Below are positions 12,954-22,527 of a DNA stretch of 39,752 nucleotides, in pieces. Made by a program: the position numbers and the translations under genes. The notes below the pieces were generated by a model that was given only the letters and a program-made list of their open reading frames with translations, was not told the DNA's origin and did no database searches. Each line of letters opens with the position of its first letter. Positions within the stretch are counted from its first letter, which is position 1. Origin of the DNA: Candidatus Paceibacter sp. (GTDB lineage: Bacteria; Patescibacteriota; Minisyncoccia; UBA6257; HR35); the NCBI GenBank assembly GCA_023255765.1, contig JAGDVT010000004.1:1-39752 (forward strand), given 5' to 3'.

Positions 12954-14162
12954 CTAATATGTGCTTAAAGATTTTGCAAGTTGCGTAATAGGAATTATCA
13001 ATGACGCCTCAACAAATATTAAACCTATTGCTAAAATTACAACTAAAATAGGTTGAATTGCTTCATTTAATGCATTTGTTTTATTTTCTAAATCTGCTGT
13101 ATAATATTCAGAAATAGTAATTAAGGAATTGTACAAATTTCCGGTTTTTTCACCTGTTGCAAATGCTTGACGTACTAATCCAGGAAATAGATCAGGAAAA
13201 TTAGAAATTGAAAGATCTATGGGTTTTCCTTTTTCTGTTTCCTCAGCTATAAACATTATAGCAGATCTATAATAAGGATTAGATGTGCTTTCTCCAACTA
13301 TTTTTAATGCTTCTGCTATGGGCAATCCTCCTTTTATAAGATAAGAGAAAGATTCTAAAAAATTTAATATTTGAATTTCTTTTAACAATGGACCAAAAAA
13401 TGGTAAATTTCCTAAAAAATTATATAGCAATAACTTTCCTTCTTCTGTTCTAAAATATTCAAATAAAGCATAGATTAAAAAAATCAAAAATAGCAGCAGA
13501 TATATACCATTATTGATTAAAAATTGAGAAATATCAACGAAATATTGTGTAATAAGAGGTAGTGTTAGGTTATTTTCTTTAAATAAATTTGCGATTTTAG
13601 GAATTACATTAAAGAATAAAACAAAAATAGTAACAAAGAAAATCAAAATAACAATTATTGGATAATACATCGATTGAATAAGTTTTGTCCTTAATTTATG
13701 CTGATTTTCAAAATGTTTTGCTAAACTTTCTAAGATTTCTTCTAAATTTCCAGATATTTCTCCTATCCTTATCATCCTTGTCATAGATTTATCAAATACA
13801 TCAGGATATTTCTCTAAAGCCTGAGATAAAGGTAAGCCAGAAATTATATTATTATAAACATCTTCTAAAACTCTTTTAAAATTTAATTTGCTTGTTTGAT
13901 TTGCTAATGATTTTACTGCTTCATCTAAGGAGGTTCCAGATTTAAGAAGATAATTTAATGCTCTACAAAAGAATGCTAAATCTAGCAATGATACTTTACC
14001 CCATGTTATTAATGGCTTTATTTCACTTAATTCTTTTATATAAGTTACAACCAAATTTTGATTATGCAATAATTTTATGGCTGATTCTCTATCAACTGCG
14101 GTAATAGTTCCTGTTTTAAAATTACCTTCTTTATCGTATCCTCTAAATTCAAATTTTTTCAT
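12954..14162 (-). CDS. pilC: Type IV pilus inner-membrane platform protein PilC (GspF family)
   Basis: GLPLSQALEKYPDVF..MIRIGEISGNLEEILESLA; two repeated GspF domains with TM helices. Confidence 0.93.
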   Translation of the reverse strand: MKKFEFRGYDKEGNFKTGTITAVDRESAIKLLHNQNLVVTYIKELSEIKPLITWGKVSLLDLAFFCRALNYLLKSGTSLDEAVKSLANQTSKLNFKRVLEDVYNNIISGLPLSQALEKYPDVFDKSMTRMIRIGEISGNLEEILESLAKHFENQHKLRTKLIQSMYYPIIVILIFFVTIFVLFFNVIPKIANLFKENNLTLPLITQYFVDISQFLINNGIYLLLFLIFLIYALFEYFRTEEGKLLLYNFLGNLPFFGPLLKEIQILNFLESFSYLIKGGLPIAEALKIVGESTSNPYYRSAIMFIAEETEKGKPIDLSISNFPDLFPGLVRQAFATGEKTGNLYNSLITISEYYTADLENKTNALNEAIQPILVVILAIGLIFVEASLIIPITQLAKSLSTY

Positions 14163-15217
14163 GTTAATAAATTCTTTAATCTATCTACATTAATAGCAAA
14201 ATGCAATGCAGTTTCTAATGTTATTTCTTGCAAATTTACTAATGTTGCCAAAGCTCTTTCTAAGGTAATCATTCCTTGTTCTAGACTTGTCTCTATTACT
14301 AAATCTATTTGATATATTTTATTTTCTCTAATTAAATTTCTTACTGCAGCATTGGCAATCAAAACTTCGCAAGCAGGTATTCTACCTCCTTTTATTCTTG
14401 GTACTAATCTTTGAGAAATTATACCTATTAAAGTTGAGGCAAGTTGAAATCTTGCTTGGTTTTTTTGGCCTTCTGGTAGAACATCTAATATTCTATCTAT
14501 TGTTTGTGATGCAGAATTGGTATGCAATGTACCCAAAACTAAATGCCCTGTTTCTGCAGCAGTTAATGCTATTTGAATAGATTCTGCATCTCTTAATTCT
14601 CCTATCATAATAACATCAGGATCTTCTCTTAACGCTGATCTTAATGCTCTATGCCAATTAGGTGAATCTTTAGGTATTTCTCTTTGGGAAATTAAAGATA
14701 AATCAGGAGTAAAAATATATTCAATTGGCTCTTCTATGGTAATTATATGAGCAGCTCTTGTATGATTTATCTCATCAATCAACGCTGCTAATGTTGTAGA
14801 TTTGCCCATTCCTGCAGGTCCAGTAACTAATATTAATCCCTGTCTTTTTTTTACAAATTCCCTTAGAACAGGTGGCAAATTTAATTCTTCTACATTTTTT
14901 ATCTCAGGAGGAATTATTCTAAAAGCACCTGCTAAGCCATTATTTTGATAATAAATATTAGCTCTAAGTCTTATCTTTTCATCAACATCAAAAGAAAAAT
15001 CAATATCCTTATATTTACTTAAATATTTAATTTGCTCTTCAGATAATAAAGATAAAAGCATTTTTTCTGTTTCTTTTGATGATAGTACGCCTTCTTCTGA
15101 TAAATTAGTAAGCTCACCATCTATTCTTAATGTTGGAAATCTTGCTGGGACTATATGAACATCAGATGCATTTCTTTGTACAGCTGTATAAAATATTCTT
15201 TTTAACTTTTCTTCCAT
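14159..15217 (-). CDS. pilT: Type IV pilus retraction ATPase PilT
   Basis: ASDVH, Walker A GPAGMGKSTT, ALREDPDVIMIGELRD, AAETGHLVLGTLHT, AVRNLIRE (PilT AIRNLIRE motif). Confidence 0.95.
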   Translation of the reverse strand: MEEKLKRIFYTAVQRNASDVHIVPARFPTLRIDGELTNLSEEGVLSSKETEKMLLSLLSEEQIKYLSKYKDIDFSFDVDEKIRLRANIYYQNNGLAGAFRIIPPEIKNVEELNLPPVLREFVKKRQGLILVTGPAGMGKSTTLAALIDEINHTRAAHIITIEEPIEYIFTPDLSLISQREIPKDSPNWHRALRSALREDPDVIMIGELRDAESIQIALTAAETGHLVLGTLHTNSASQTIDRILDVLPEGQKNQARFQLASTLIGIISQRLVPRIKGGRIPACEVLIANAAVRNLIRENKIYQIDLVIETSLEQGMITLERALATLVNLQEITLETALHFAINVDRLKNLLT

Positions 15218-15232
15218 TTAATATATTATAAA

Positions 15233-16954
15233 TTAAGTTACTTTAATTGCTTCTTCTAATGTTATATAACCAAGCAATGCTTTAATAACTCCATCTTGTC
15301 TTAAACTTACAAATTTTTGACTTATTAATAATTTTTCTAACTCAATTTCTGTTTTACCCTCATATATTGCATTTTCTAAATCTTCTGTTAATAATATTAC
15401 CTCATAAATCCCTGTTCTTCCTGTAAATCCTTTGTTATTGCATTTATTACATCCTACTGGGTGATAGATTTTAACTCCTTTTAAATTTATTTTGTAATTA
15501 TTTAAAATTTCTTTATCCAAATTCCTAAGACTATCTTCAATTATATACAGTAAATCTTGAGAAGGTTCTACCTCTTTTTTACAATTATCACATAATCTTT
15601 TTACTAATCTTTGAGCTATAATTAGCTTTAATGTTGGGGCTATTAAATATTTTTCAATTCCAATATCTACCAGTCTTGTAATTGCTCCTAATGCATTATT
15701 TGTATGTAGAGTAGAAAGAACTAAATGACCTGTCAAGGAAGCATGTATTGCTAGTTCTGCAGTTTCTAAATCTCTTATTTCACCAACTAATATAATATCT
15801 GGATCTTGCCTCAATATTTCTCTTAAACCTGAAGCAAAGGTATAGTTTATTTCTGGTCTTATTTGAGATTGATTAATTCCTTCTACTCTATATTCTACTG
15901 GGTCTTCTAAGCTTATTATGTTAACATCTTCTCTATTTAATTTTTGCAAAATAGCATAAAGAGTTGTTGTTTTACCAGAGCCAGTTGGGCCAGTTATCAA
16001 AATCAACCCATAAGGAGATTTAATACCTTGATTTACTTTTTCTAAAGTATAATCTAACATACCCAGTTCTTCTAATTTTTTAAGACCTACAAGAGGATCT
16101 AATATTCTAATAGCTATTTTTTCTCCTTCAATAGTTGGTAAAATTCCTATTCTTAAATCTATTTCTCTTCCTTGGACTATAGCTCTTATTCTACCATCTT
16201 GCGGTATTCTTGTTTCATCTAGCTTTAGTTTACTTAAAACTTTTATTCTATTTACAATCTGCTCATGTAAATCTTTGGGTAAATAAGCAATTGTTTTTAG
16301 TTCACCTAAGATTCTAAATCTTATTTTTGTCTTTTTAGCCAAGGGTTCTATGTGGATATCAGATGCTTTTAGATATACAGCTTCTTCTATTAATGATTGA
16401 ACTAATTTTATAATAGGAGCTTCTTCTGAAGGTAAAATTTCAGCACCTAATTCAACAGCCTTTTCTTCTACTGCAGGTTTTTTTGTTTCTCTAATTTGAA
16501 AAAGAATATTTTTAAGATTTTCGCTAAATTCTCTATATTGAATAATTATATTGTAGAAATCCTTAATTGAAATCAAAAAAATCTTAGGTTCTAGATTTAA
16601 AGAATTTCTAATAAACTCAATTATATTATTAAAATTTTCTAATGATGGATCTACTACCCCTATATATATTTCATTTTCTCTTTTATCGAAGGCTATAATT
16701 TTATTCTTTTTAGCAAAATCTTCTGAAATTAAAGATAATATTTCTTTAGGTATTTTTTCTTCTGGATCAAATTTTTTTATTGGTAAATTATAAAATTCTT
16801 TTTTAATTTCTATAAAATCATCATCTAATTTACCTATTGTATAAAGATATTCCTCCAAATTTAATTTTAATTCTTCAGCTTCTTTTATTAAATCTTCAAT
16901 CTCTGGTATTTTATCTTTCAGTTTTTCTTTAGCAAAATTATCAAATTCTTTCAT
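15233..16954 (-). CDS. pilB: Type IV pilus extension ATPase PilB (GspE family)
   Basis: ASDIHIEP, PQDGR, GPTGSGKTTTLY, LRQDPDIILVGEIRD, zinc tetracysteine CDNC..GCNKC. Confidence 0.96.
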   Translation of the reverse strand: MKEFDNFAKEKLKDKIPEIEDLIKEAEELKLNLEEYLYTIGKLDDDFIEIKKEFYNLPIKKFDPEEKIPKEILSLISEDFAKKNKIIAFDKRENEIYIGVVDPSLENFNNIIEFIRNSLNLEPKIFLISIKDFYNIIIQYREFSENLKNILFQIRETKKPAVEEKAVELGAEILPSEEAPIIKLVQSLIEEAVYLKASDIHIEPLAKKTKIRFRILGELKTIAYLPKDLHEQIVNRIKVLSKLKLDETRIPQDGRIRAIVQGREIDLRIGILPTIEGEKIAIRILDPLVGLKKLEELGMLDYTLEKVNQGIKSPYGLILITGPTGSGKTTTLYAILQKLNREDVNIISLEDPVEYRVEGINQSQIRPEINYTFASGLREILRQDPDIILVGEIRDLETAELAIHASLTGHLVLSTLHTNNALGAITRLVDIGIEKYLIAPTLKLIIAQRLVKRLCDNCKKEVEPSQDLLYIIEDSLRNLDKEILNNYKINLKGVKIYHPVGCNKCNNKGFTGRTGIYEVILLTEDLENAIYEGKTEIELEKLLISQKFVSLRQDGVIKALLGYITLEEAIKVT

Positions 16955-17235
16955 TCAAAAATATTATTTTTACCTATTTCTTCTTGCTTAATTTCTGGTA
17001 TTTCAAGTATATAAGGCTCTAATTGCAAGCTTTTAAGTTTCTCTAAAATTCCAATGTAATTTAAACTGTTAATATAATTTATTTCTTTTTCTAATTTTAT
17101 TGCTTCTTCTGGAATTAAAGATTCTTTTTTAAGTATGTTAAACTCCCATAAAGCTATCCAAATTATTCCTCCTACTACAACGATAGTTATTATACTGGCT
17201 AGTATATTTACTACTTTATTTTTGCTAAAGTTCAT
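16951..17235 (-). CDS. Small single-TM protein in the pilP position of the pil operon
   Basis: One N-terminal TM helix, C-terminal EIGKNNIFE; ATGA-coupled to the pilO-like gene and pilB. Confidence 0.6.
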   Translation of the reverse strand: MNFSKNKVVNILASIITIVVVGGIIWIALWEFNILKKESLIPEEAIKLEKEINYINSLNYIGILEKLKSLQLEPYILEIPEIKQEEIGKNNIFE

Positions 17236-17801
17236 TTTGCTAATTTTGCTTCTCCTAAGTAATAAGTACCGACGTTTGCATTTAATAATATATTTTCCTC
17301 TGCCTTTGTTAAATTAAGGCTATTAAATTCAAAAAATCTTGTATGGTTTTCGAAATTTTTAATTAAGTTAAACAAATTATCATAATTACCTGTTATTTTG
17401 AAGCTAAAGTTCTCTTTAACTAATTCTAAGCTATCTAACTGGGGGTGTTTTATTTTACTTTCTTCAAATTGATATATATTAATATCATTAAAGCCTGAGT
17501 TCCTAAATATACTATTTATAATTAAAGTTAGCTCATAATCATTGAATTTTTTAGGTAATAGTATATCAAATTGACCACTTTTTTCTAATTCAGCAATAGA
17601 AGAAATTTCTGTAGATTTTTCATTTCTAAACTTATCAAAAAGTTTCCCTATGGTTTCAACTTTTTTTAATTTATTAAATACTTCGTTCTTTTTTTGAACA
17701 ACATTTAAATAATTTTTATACGCAGGCAACAAACTATTCAAAAATTGTTGTATATTTACAAAAATTAAAATAATTATTAATAAATTAACTAAAAGCCTCA
17801 T
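17232..17801 (-). CDS. PilO-like alignment protein
   Basis: N-terminal TM, coiled region, ILLP, FSFKITGNYDNLFNLIKNFENHTRFF (PilO pattern); position after the pilN-like gene. Confidence 0.72.
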   Translation of the reverse strand: MRLLVNLLIIILIFVNIQQFLNSLLPAYKNYLNVVQKKNEVFNKLKKVETIGKLFDKFRNEKSTEISSIAELEKSGQFDILLPKKFNDYELTLIINSIFRNSGFNDINIYQFEESKIKHPQLDSLELVKENFSFKITGNYDNLFNLIKNFENHTRFFEFNSLNLTKAEENILLNANVGTYYLGEAKLAK

Positions 17802-18313
17802 TGTTTATAAAAAATTGGATTAATATCGAAAGCTATTTTGAAATCAACCACTCCTGTTTGTTGATTTAATGATAAATTTTCTATTTTGAAATTCGGGAAT
17901 GTATCTTTTTTATTTTCAAAATACTTTTTGATTTTAGCATATTCTAAAAAGTTGGGTACGCTAACGCTTAATTCTATTTTTGAATTTATATTATCTATAG
18001 AAATAGAATTAACTCTCAGACTTTTAGGCAGATATTTAGGTAAATTTGTTAATAATTCACTATTTTTTCTTTTGTTTGAAAAAAGATAATCTATAGCTAT
18101 AAGATGTAAAATTCCTATATAATCCTCTTCTTTTAACTTATTTGAATATTCTTGCGTTAAATTATCTATTTTTTTGTTTAGTTCATCAATTCTTCTTTCA
18201 TTTATCTTAGATAGATAATTTAATAAGTTAGTAACTATTATAATTGCAAGCAAAAAAGATAAAAGTGTTATTGTTAATTTCTTTGGTAATATATCTAAAA
18301 ATTCTTTTATCAT
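17798..18313 (-). CDS. PilN-like alignment protein
   Basis: TM plus coiled coil, LLTNLPKYLPKSLRVNSISI, C-terminal VDFKIAF; position after pilM. Confidence 0.68.
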   Translation of the reverse strand: MIKEFLDILPKKLTITLLSFLLAIIIVTNLLNYLSKINERRIDELNKKIDNLTQEYSNKLKEEDYIGILHLIAIDYLFSNKRKNSELLTNLPKYLPKSLRVNSISIDNINSKIELSVSVPNFLEYAKIKKYFENKKDTFPNFKIENLSLNQQTGVVDFKIAFDINPIFYKQ

Positions 18314-18338
18314 TTAAAATATTATACAATAAATAAAA

Positions 18339-19388
18339 TTAATGATAAAAATATTTTAAACAAACTCCTAAGGCATTTGTCAATAATGGACCGTTTTTTA
18401 AGTTTTTTATTGATTTATCGACATTTATTATATCTAATGGATTAAAAATTAAAGAAGGTAAAGTAGGAATTTTAGGCCCTATTATCTCTAAAAATCCATC
18501 AGCTAAACTTAATCCACCTGTAAAATATATTGCTTGTACTTTTGTATTAAACTTCTCTTCTATATTATCTTTTATTTTATTAATTTCTAAAGCTAAATTA
18601 TTAATAATATCTTCTAAATTTTTTTTAACATTTTCTTCTTCAGGCATCAATTTAAATCCTTTTTTTATAAAGAAATTTTCAGCTTCTTCATCATTAACTT
18701 GCAATAAAGCTTTTAAAGACTCAATGATTGTTCTTATATTTTTTTGTAATTTTTGAGTAAAAACTACTTTATTTTCTTTTATAAATATTAAGCTACTATA
18801 ACCATACCCTAAATCAACTATTATTATGTTATCATTTAAATTAGTAAATAAATTTTCCAAACCATAAAACTCCACTTCTGCTGCTTTAAAATTAAGCCTT
18901 GCTATTTTAGAAACATTTTTTAATTTTTCTATGAAATTAACAGGAACTGCTGCAAAAAAAATAAACCACTTAGGTGTTGTTTCTATCCCCATAGGTTGTA
19001 ATAAAATGTTCCTCCAATCAATATAATAATCTTTTTCAGAAGTTGGAAGATATTTTTTATACTCATAATAAATTGCTTTTTTTAACGACGCAAGTGGAAT
19101 ATGGGGTAAGGAAAAATATGTGGATAAAACATAAACTCCTGGTATAGAAAATACTACATCTTTAGTTTTAAATTCTTTTACTGCTTCTTCTAAAATTTTG
19201 CCTAAATTTTCTTCAAAAATTTGGGATGTCTGTAATATACTTCCTATTTGACTTTCGCTTTTGAAGTTAATTATAATATAATCTAAAATCATTAAAGAAT
19301 TTTTAAATTTTTCAACTTCTACTATTTTTATGTTTTTTGTACCTAAATCAATTCCTAAAACTCTATTACCTCTAAAAAGGCTTAACAT
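18339..19388 (-). CDS. pilM: Type IV pilus assembly protein PilM (actin-like ATPase)
   Basis: VLGIDLGTKNIKIVE, IVDLGYGYS, IYFTGGLS, TNALGVCLK. Confidence 0.9.
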   Translation of the reverse strand: MLSLFRGNRVLGIDLGTKNIKIVEVEKFKNSLMILDYIIINFKSESQIGSILQTSQIFEENLGKILEEAVKEFKTKDVVFSIPGVYVLSTYFSLPHIPLASLKKAIYYEYKKYLPTSEKDYYIDWRNILLQPMGIETTPKWFIFFAAVPVNFIEKLKNVSKIARLNFKAAEVEFYGLENLFTNLNDNIIIVDLGYGYSSLIFIKENKVVFTQKLQKNIRTIIESLKALLQVNDEEAENFFIKKGFKLMPEEENVKKNLEDIINNLALEINKIKDNIEEKFNTKVQAIYFTGGLSLADGFLEIIGPKIPTLPSLIFNPLDIINVDKSIKNLKNGPLLTNALGVCLKYFYH

Positions 19389-20070
19389 TATTAAATTATA
19401 CGAAATTTTAAAAGATTTTTTGTCTCCTTATTATTGTTTCAAATGTAAAAAATTTCTTGAATATGGATATTTATGTAATAATTGTTTAAAAGAAGTAGGT
19501 TTTAGCTTAAATATTTTTTGCCCTAAATGTAAAAGAAGAAAACCTCTAGAAGAAAATATTTCATCTATATGCTGCTCAAATTTAATAAGATCACTGATAA
19601 CTTTTTCTGATTATGAGAATGAATTTATAAAAAACCTAATAAAAATGGGTAAATTTATGGGATTTTACAAAATTTTTGAATTTTTAGGTAATTTAGCATC
19701 AAGTGAAATAAAAAAATATAAATTAGATTTTAAAAACTATATGTTAACGTATATTCCAATGTATAAAAAAGACGAAAAACAAAGAGGGTTTAATCAATCT
19801 AAAATTTTAGCAGAAACAATTTCAAAAAATTTAAATTTAAGGATTTTTGAAGGTTTAAAAAAGACTAAGCAAACTAAATTACAATCAACTTTGAATTTTG
19901 AAGAGAGATTTAAAAATATTGAGAATGCTTTTGAATGTATATGCGAAGCTCCTAAAAATATATTATTAGTTGATGATGTGATCACAACTGGAGCAACATC
20001 TTTTGAATGTGCTAAAATTTTAAAAGAAAAGGGGGCAAAGAAGATTATTTTACTTACAATTGCTAAATGA
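19330..20070 (+). CDS. comF: ComF family competence protein (double zinc ribbon plus PRTase)
   Basis: CFKC..LCNNC..CPKC zinc ribbons, RGFNQS, LLVDDVITTGAT; true start uncertain. Confidence 0.9.
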   Translation: MFFVPKSIPKTLLPLKRLNIIKLYEILKDFLSPYYCFKCKKFLEYGYLCNNCLKEVGFSLNIFCPKCKRRKPLEENISSICCSNLIRSLITFSDYENEFIKNLIKMGKFMGFYKIFEFLGNLASSEIKKYKLDFKNYMLTYIPMYKKDEKQRGFNQSKILAETISKNLNLRIFEGLKKTKQTKLQSTLNFEERFKNIENAFECICEAPKNILLVDDVITTGATSFECAKILKEKGAKKIILLTIAK

Positions 20071-20738
20071 AAAGAAAAATATTTATTAATATAGATTTAG
20101 AAAATAAAATCAAAATAGAAGATAAAAAAGTTATAAATAGGGTTAAAAATGTTTATAAATTAAAACAAGGAGATACTATTATTTTTATAAATGGTTCTTT
20201 ATATGAAGGTAAGTATGTTTTTGTCGATCCTAAAAAAATGATTTTTGAAAGATTAGAAATATATAAAAGAAATATATTACCCAAAAGAGAGATTAATTTA
20301 TTTTTAAGTTTTATAAGAAAAGATAATTTTGAGTTTATAATTGAAAAGGCAGGAGAATTAGGAGTAAAATCTATAACGCCTTTAATAACAGAAAGGTGTC
20401 AATGGAAAACAGAAATAGTATCTGAAAGATGGTTAAAAATACTTTATTCTTCATTAGAAGTTGCTGAATGGGGATTTTTACCTGAAATTAAAAATCCTGT
20501 TAAATTAGAAAATATGCCGGGAGATTCTATAATATTAGATAAGCAAGGCGAAAAAATTGATTTTAATTCTACCCCCTTGAAATTAAATATAGCTGTTGGA
20601 CCTGAAGGAGGATTTTCTGATAAAGAAATAAAAATATTAAAAAATAAAAATTGCAAATTTATAAGTTTAGGAGATGTTACATTAAAAACAGATACGGCTG
20701 TTTTAGCTGCTTTAGCATTATTAAATTTCCCATTTTAA
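20067..20738 (+). CDS. rsmE: 16S rRNA m3U1498 methyltransferase (divergent)
   Basis: FEFIIEKAGELGVKSITPLITERC, SPOUT knot AVGPEGGFSDKE..ISLG..LKTDTA. Confidence 0.88.
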   Translation: MKRKIFINIDLENKIKIEDKKVINRVKNVYKLKQGDTIIFINGSLYEGKYVFVDPKKMIFERLEIYKRNILPKREINLFLSFIRKDNFEFIIEKAGELGVKSITPLITERCQWKTEIVSERWLKILYSSLEVAEWGFLPEIKNPVKLENMPGDSIILDKQGEKIDFNSTPLKLNIAVGPEGGFSDKEIKILKNKNCKFISLGDVTLKTDTAVLAALALLNFPF

Positions 20739-20740
20739 AA

Positions 20741-21451
20741 ATGTTAATAATAGCAAATTGGAAAATGAATCCTTTGGATATTAAAAATGCTTTAAGATTG
20801 CTTAATTTTTATAAAAAATTAAAATACAAAGATTTATGGGTAGCTCCTCCTTATGTATATTTACCTATTCTTATAAAAAGATTTAAAAATTTTACATTCG
20901 GTGCTCAAAATATTCATTATGAAAAAAGTGGAGCTTATACTGGAGAAATATCAGCTTATATGATTAAAAAAATTGGCTGCAAATTTGTAATTATTAATCA
21001 TTCTGAAAGAAGAAAAATGGGAGAAACTTTAGAAATTGCAAATTTGAAAATAAAACAAGCATTAAAAAATAATCTTATAAGCGTAGTATGCTTTGGAGAG
21101 CAGAAAAAAATAGATGATCTAAAAAAATTAAAAAATATTTGGAATAGAGAATTCAATATTTTATTTAAGGATATTAAAAATTTCAAAAAAATAATTTTAG
21201 CTTATGAACCTTCTTGGGCTATAAGTACTCAGAAAATGGGACCTGTACCAAAAGAAATTGTAAAAGATTTTTTAGAATGGATTAAAAATAAAATAAATTC
21301 TCAAATAAAAATATTATATGGAGGCTCTGTTTTTCCTGAAAATATTGAAAATTATTTAGATTTGAATATTAATGGATTTTTAATAGGTTCGCAAAGCTTA
21401 AAACCAAAAAACTTTAAAATCATTATAAATAAGATTAAAAATGTGGTATAA
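20741..21451 (+). CDS. tpiA: Triosephosphate isomerase
   Basis: Likely start ATG 20741: MLIIANWKMN; GAYTGEIS, HSERR, AYEPSWAI, LYGGSV. Confidence 0.95.
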   Translation: MLIIANWKMNPLDIKNALRLLNFYKKLKYKDLWVAPPYVYLPILIKRFKNFTFGAQNIHYEKSGAYTGEISAYMIKKIGCKFVIINHSERRKMGETLEIANLKIKQALKNNLISVVCFGEQKKIDDLKKLKNIWNREFNILFKDIKNFKKIILAYEPSWAISTQKMGPVPKEIVKDFLEWIKNKINSQIKILYGGSVFPENIENYLDLNINGFLIGSQSLKPKNFKIIINKIKNVV

Positions 21452-21452
21452 T
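21442..21452 (+). promoter_or_regulatory. Extended -10 promoter (TGTGGTATAAT) for leaderless rpmA
   Basis: TGnTATAAT at 21444-21452 overlapping the tpiA stop, 8 nt before the rpmA ATG. Confidence 0.65.
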
Positions 21453-21460
21453 TAAATAAA

Positions 21461-21745
21461 ATGGCAGAGAAAAAAGCATCAGGAGCAGCAAAATCAACAA
21501 GGGATTCAGAAAGTAAAAGGTTGGGAGTTAAAAGATTTGATGGTGAAATTGTAAATGCAGGTGAAGTTTTAGTAAGACAAAGAGGTACAAAATTTTTACC
21601 TGGCAAAAATGTAGCAATTGGAAATGATGATACTTTATATGCAAAAGTCTCAGGCATTGTTAAATTTAGAACAATAAGAAAAACAAATTTTGATGGCTCA
21701 AAAAAATGGAGAAAAGTTGTTGAAGTTATTCCTATACATCAATAA
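21461..21745 (+). CDS. rpmA: 50S ribosomal protein L27
   Basis: [34 protein letters not shown]. Confidence 0.97.
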   Translation: MAEKKASGAAKSTRDSESKRLGVKRFDGEIVNAGEVLVRQRGTKFLPGKNVAIGNDDTLYAKVSGIVKFRTIRKTNFDGSKKWRKVVEVIPIHQ

Positions 21746-22130
21746 CAAATTCTCCTAAATACTTACTATCCACATTTTCGATCTTTGCTTGATGATAAGT
21801 AATAGCTTTTATATCTTTTTCTATGGACAAAAACTTATTGCCTTCTAATTTTGCTTTTAAAATATAATTATCTAAATCTATTTTTAATTCTTTTATCTTA
21901 AAAATCTTTTTTTCTATATAAGTTTTCGTTAAAATTTCTGATAGAAAATCTATATAAAGTAGAAGTAAGTTTTCGGATTGTATTTCTATATCTATCTCTA
22001 ATTTTTCTTTTCCTAACTTAGGGTTTAAAAAAGCATTAATAGCTTCTAAAGATTCCTCAAAAAGTTTTTCTAAGCTATCACTAATAACTTGAATTTTAAA
22101 ATCTGCTGTATGTTCTAAAAATCTAAACAT
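21732..22130 (-). CDS. Archease (RtcB activator family)
   Basis: [11 protein letters not shown]-terminus, IKAITYH, C-terminal VIDV. Confidence 0.92.
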   Translation of the reverse strand: MFRFLEHTADFKIQVISDSLEKLFEESLEAINAFLNPKLGKEKLEIDIEIQSENLLLLYIDFLSEILTKTYIEKKIFKIKELKIDLDNYILKAKLEGNKFLSIEKDIKAITYHQAKIENVDSKYLGEFVIDV

Positions 22131-22512
22131 ACTTTAAAAGAATTTTTTTAATAGATTCCGGTAAAATTTTTAATTTTCTGATATCTTTCTTTGAGGCTAG
22201 TATAAATTCCAAATGTTTTTCTTTTATTTTTATTTTTTTCTTTGTAATTTTTGCTTCAAATATAAAATTTATTTCATGGTGTAATATATTTTTTTGTTCA
22301 AAAAAATTTTCCTGCACAAAAATTAATTTTAGATTTTTTATTTTTAAACCAAACTCTTCATAAACTTCTCTTTTTAAGGCTTCTTCTAGTGTTTCTCCGT
22401 ATTCTACATGACCTCCTGGTAAAAAATAATAATCTTTATTTTTATTTTTGCAAAGTAAAATTTTTTTATCTATTTTAATCATTGCTCTTACTATTATTTC
22501 AATTTTATTCAT
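22123..22512 (-). CDS. NUDIX hydrolase
   Basis: Nudix box LPGGHVEYGETLEEALKREVYEEFG. Confidence 0.92.
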   Translation of the reverse strand: MNKIEIIVRAMIKIDKKILLCKNKNKDYYFLPGGHVEYGETLEEALKREVYEEFGLKIKNLKLIFVQENFFEQKNILHHEINFIFEAKITKKKIKIKEKHLEFILASKKDIRKLKILPESIKKILLKYV

Positions 22513-22527
22513 TTATAATATTATAAA
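22512..22527. promoter_or_regulatory. Palindromic bidirectional -10 element TTTATAATATTATAAA between NUDIX and tyrS
   Basis: Perfect 16-bp palindrome; plus-strand TATAAT (22514-22519) is 8 nt from the tyrS ATG, minus-strand TATAAT (22520-22525) is 7 nt from the NUDIX ATG. Confidence 0.65.

Noticed and set aside
19119..19127. Perfect DnaA box TGTGGATAA inside pilM (near matches at about 16351 and 21767)
   Set aside because: Isolated, inside coding sequence and not clustered; no support for oriC or a regulatory role.
20651..20740. N-terminal extension of tpiA in the ORF track
   Set aside because: Overlaps rsmE; TPI homology starts at MLIIANWKMN (ATG 20741), just after the rsmE stop.
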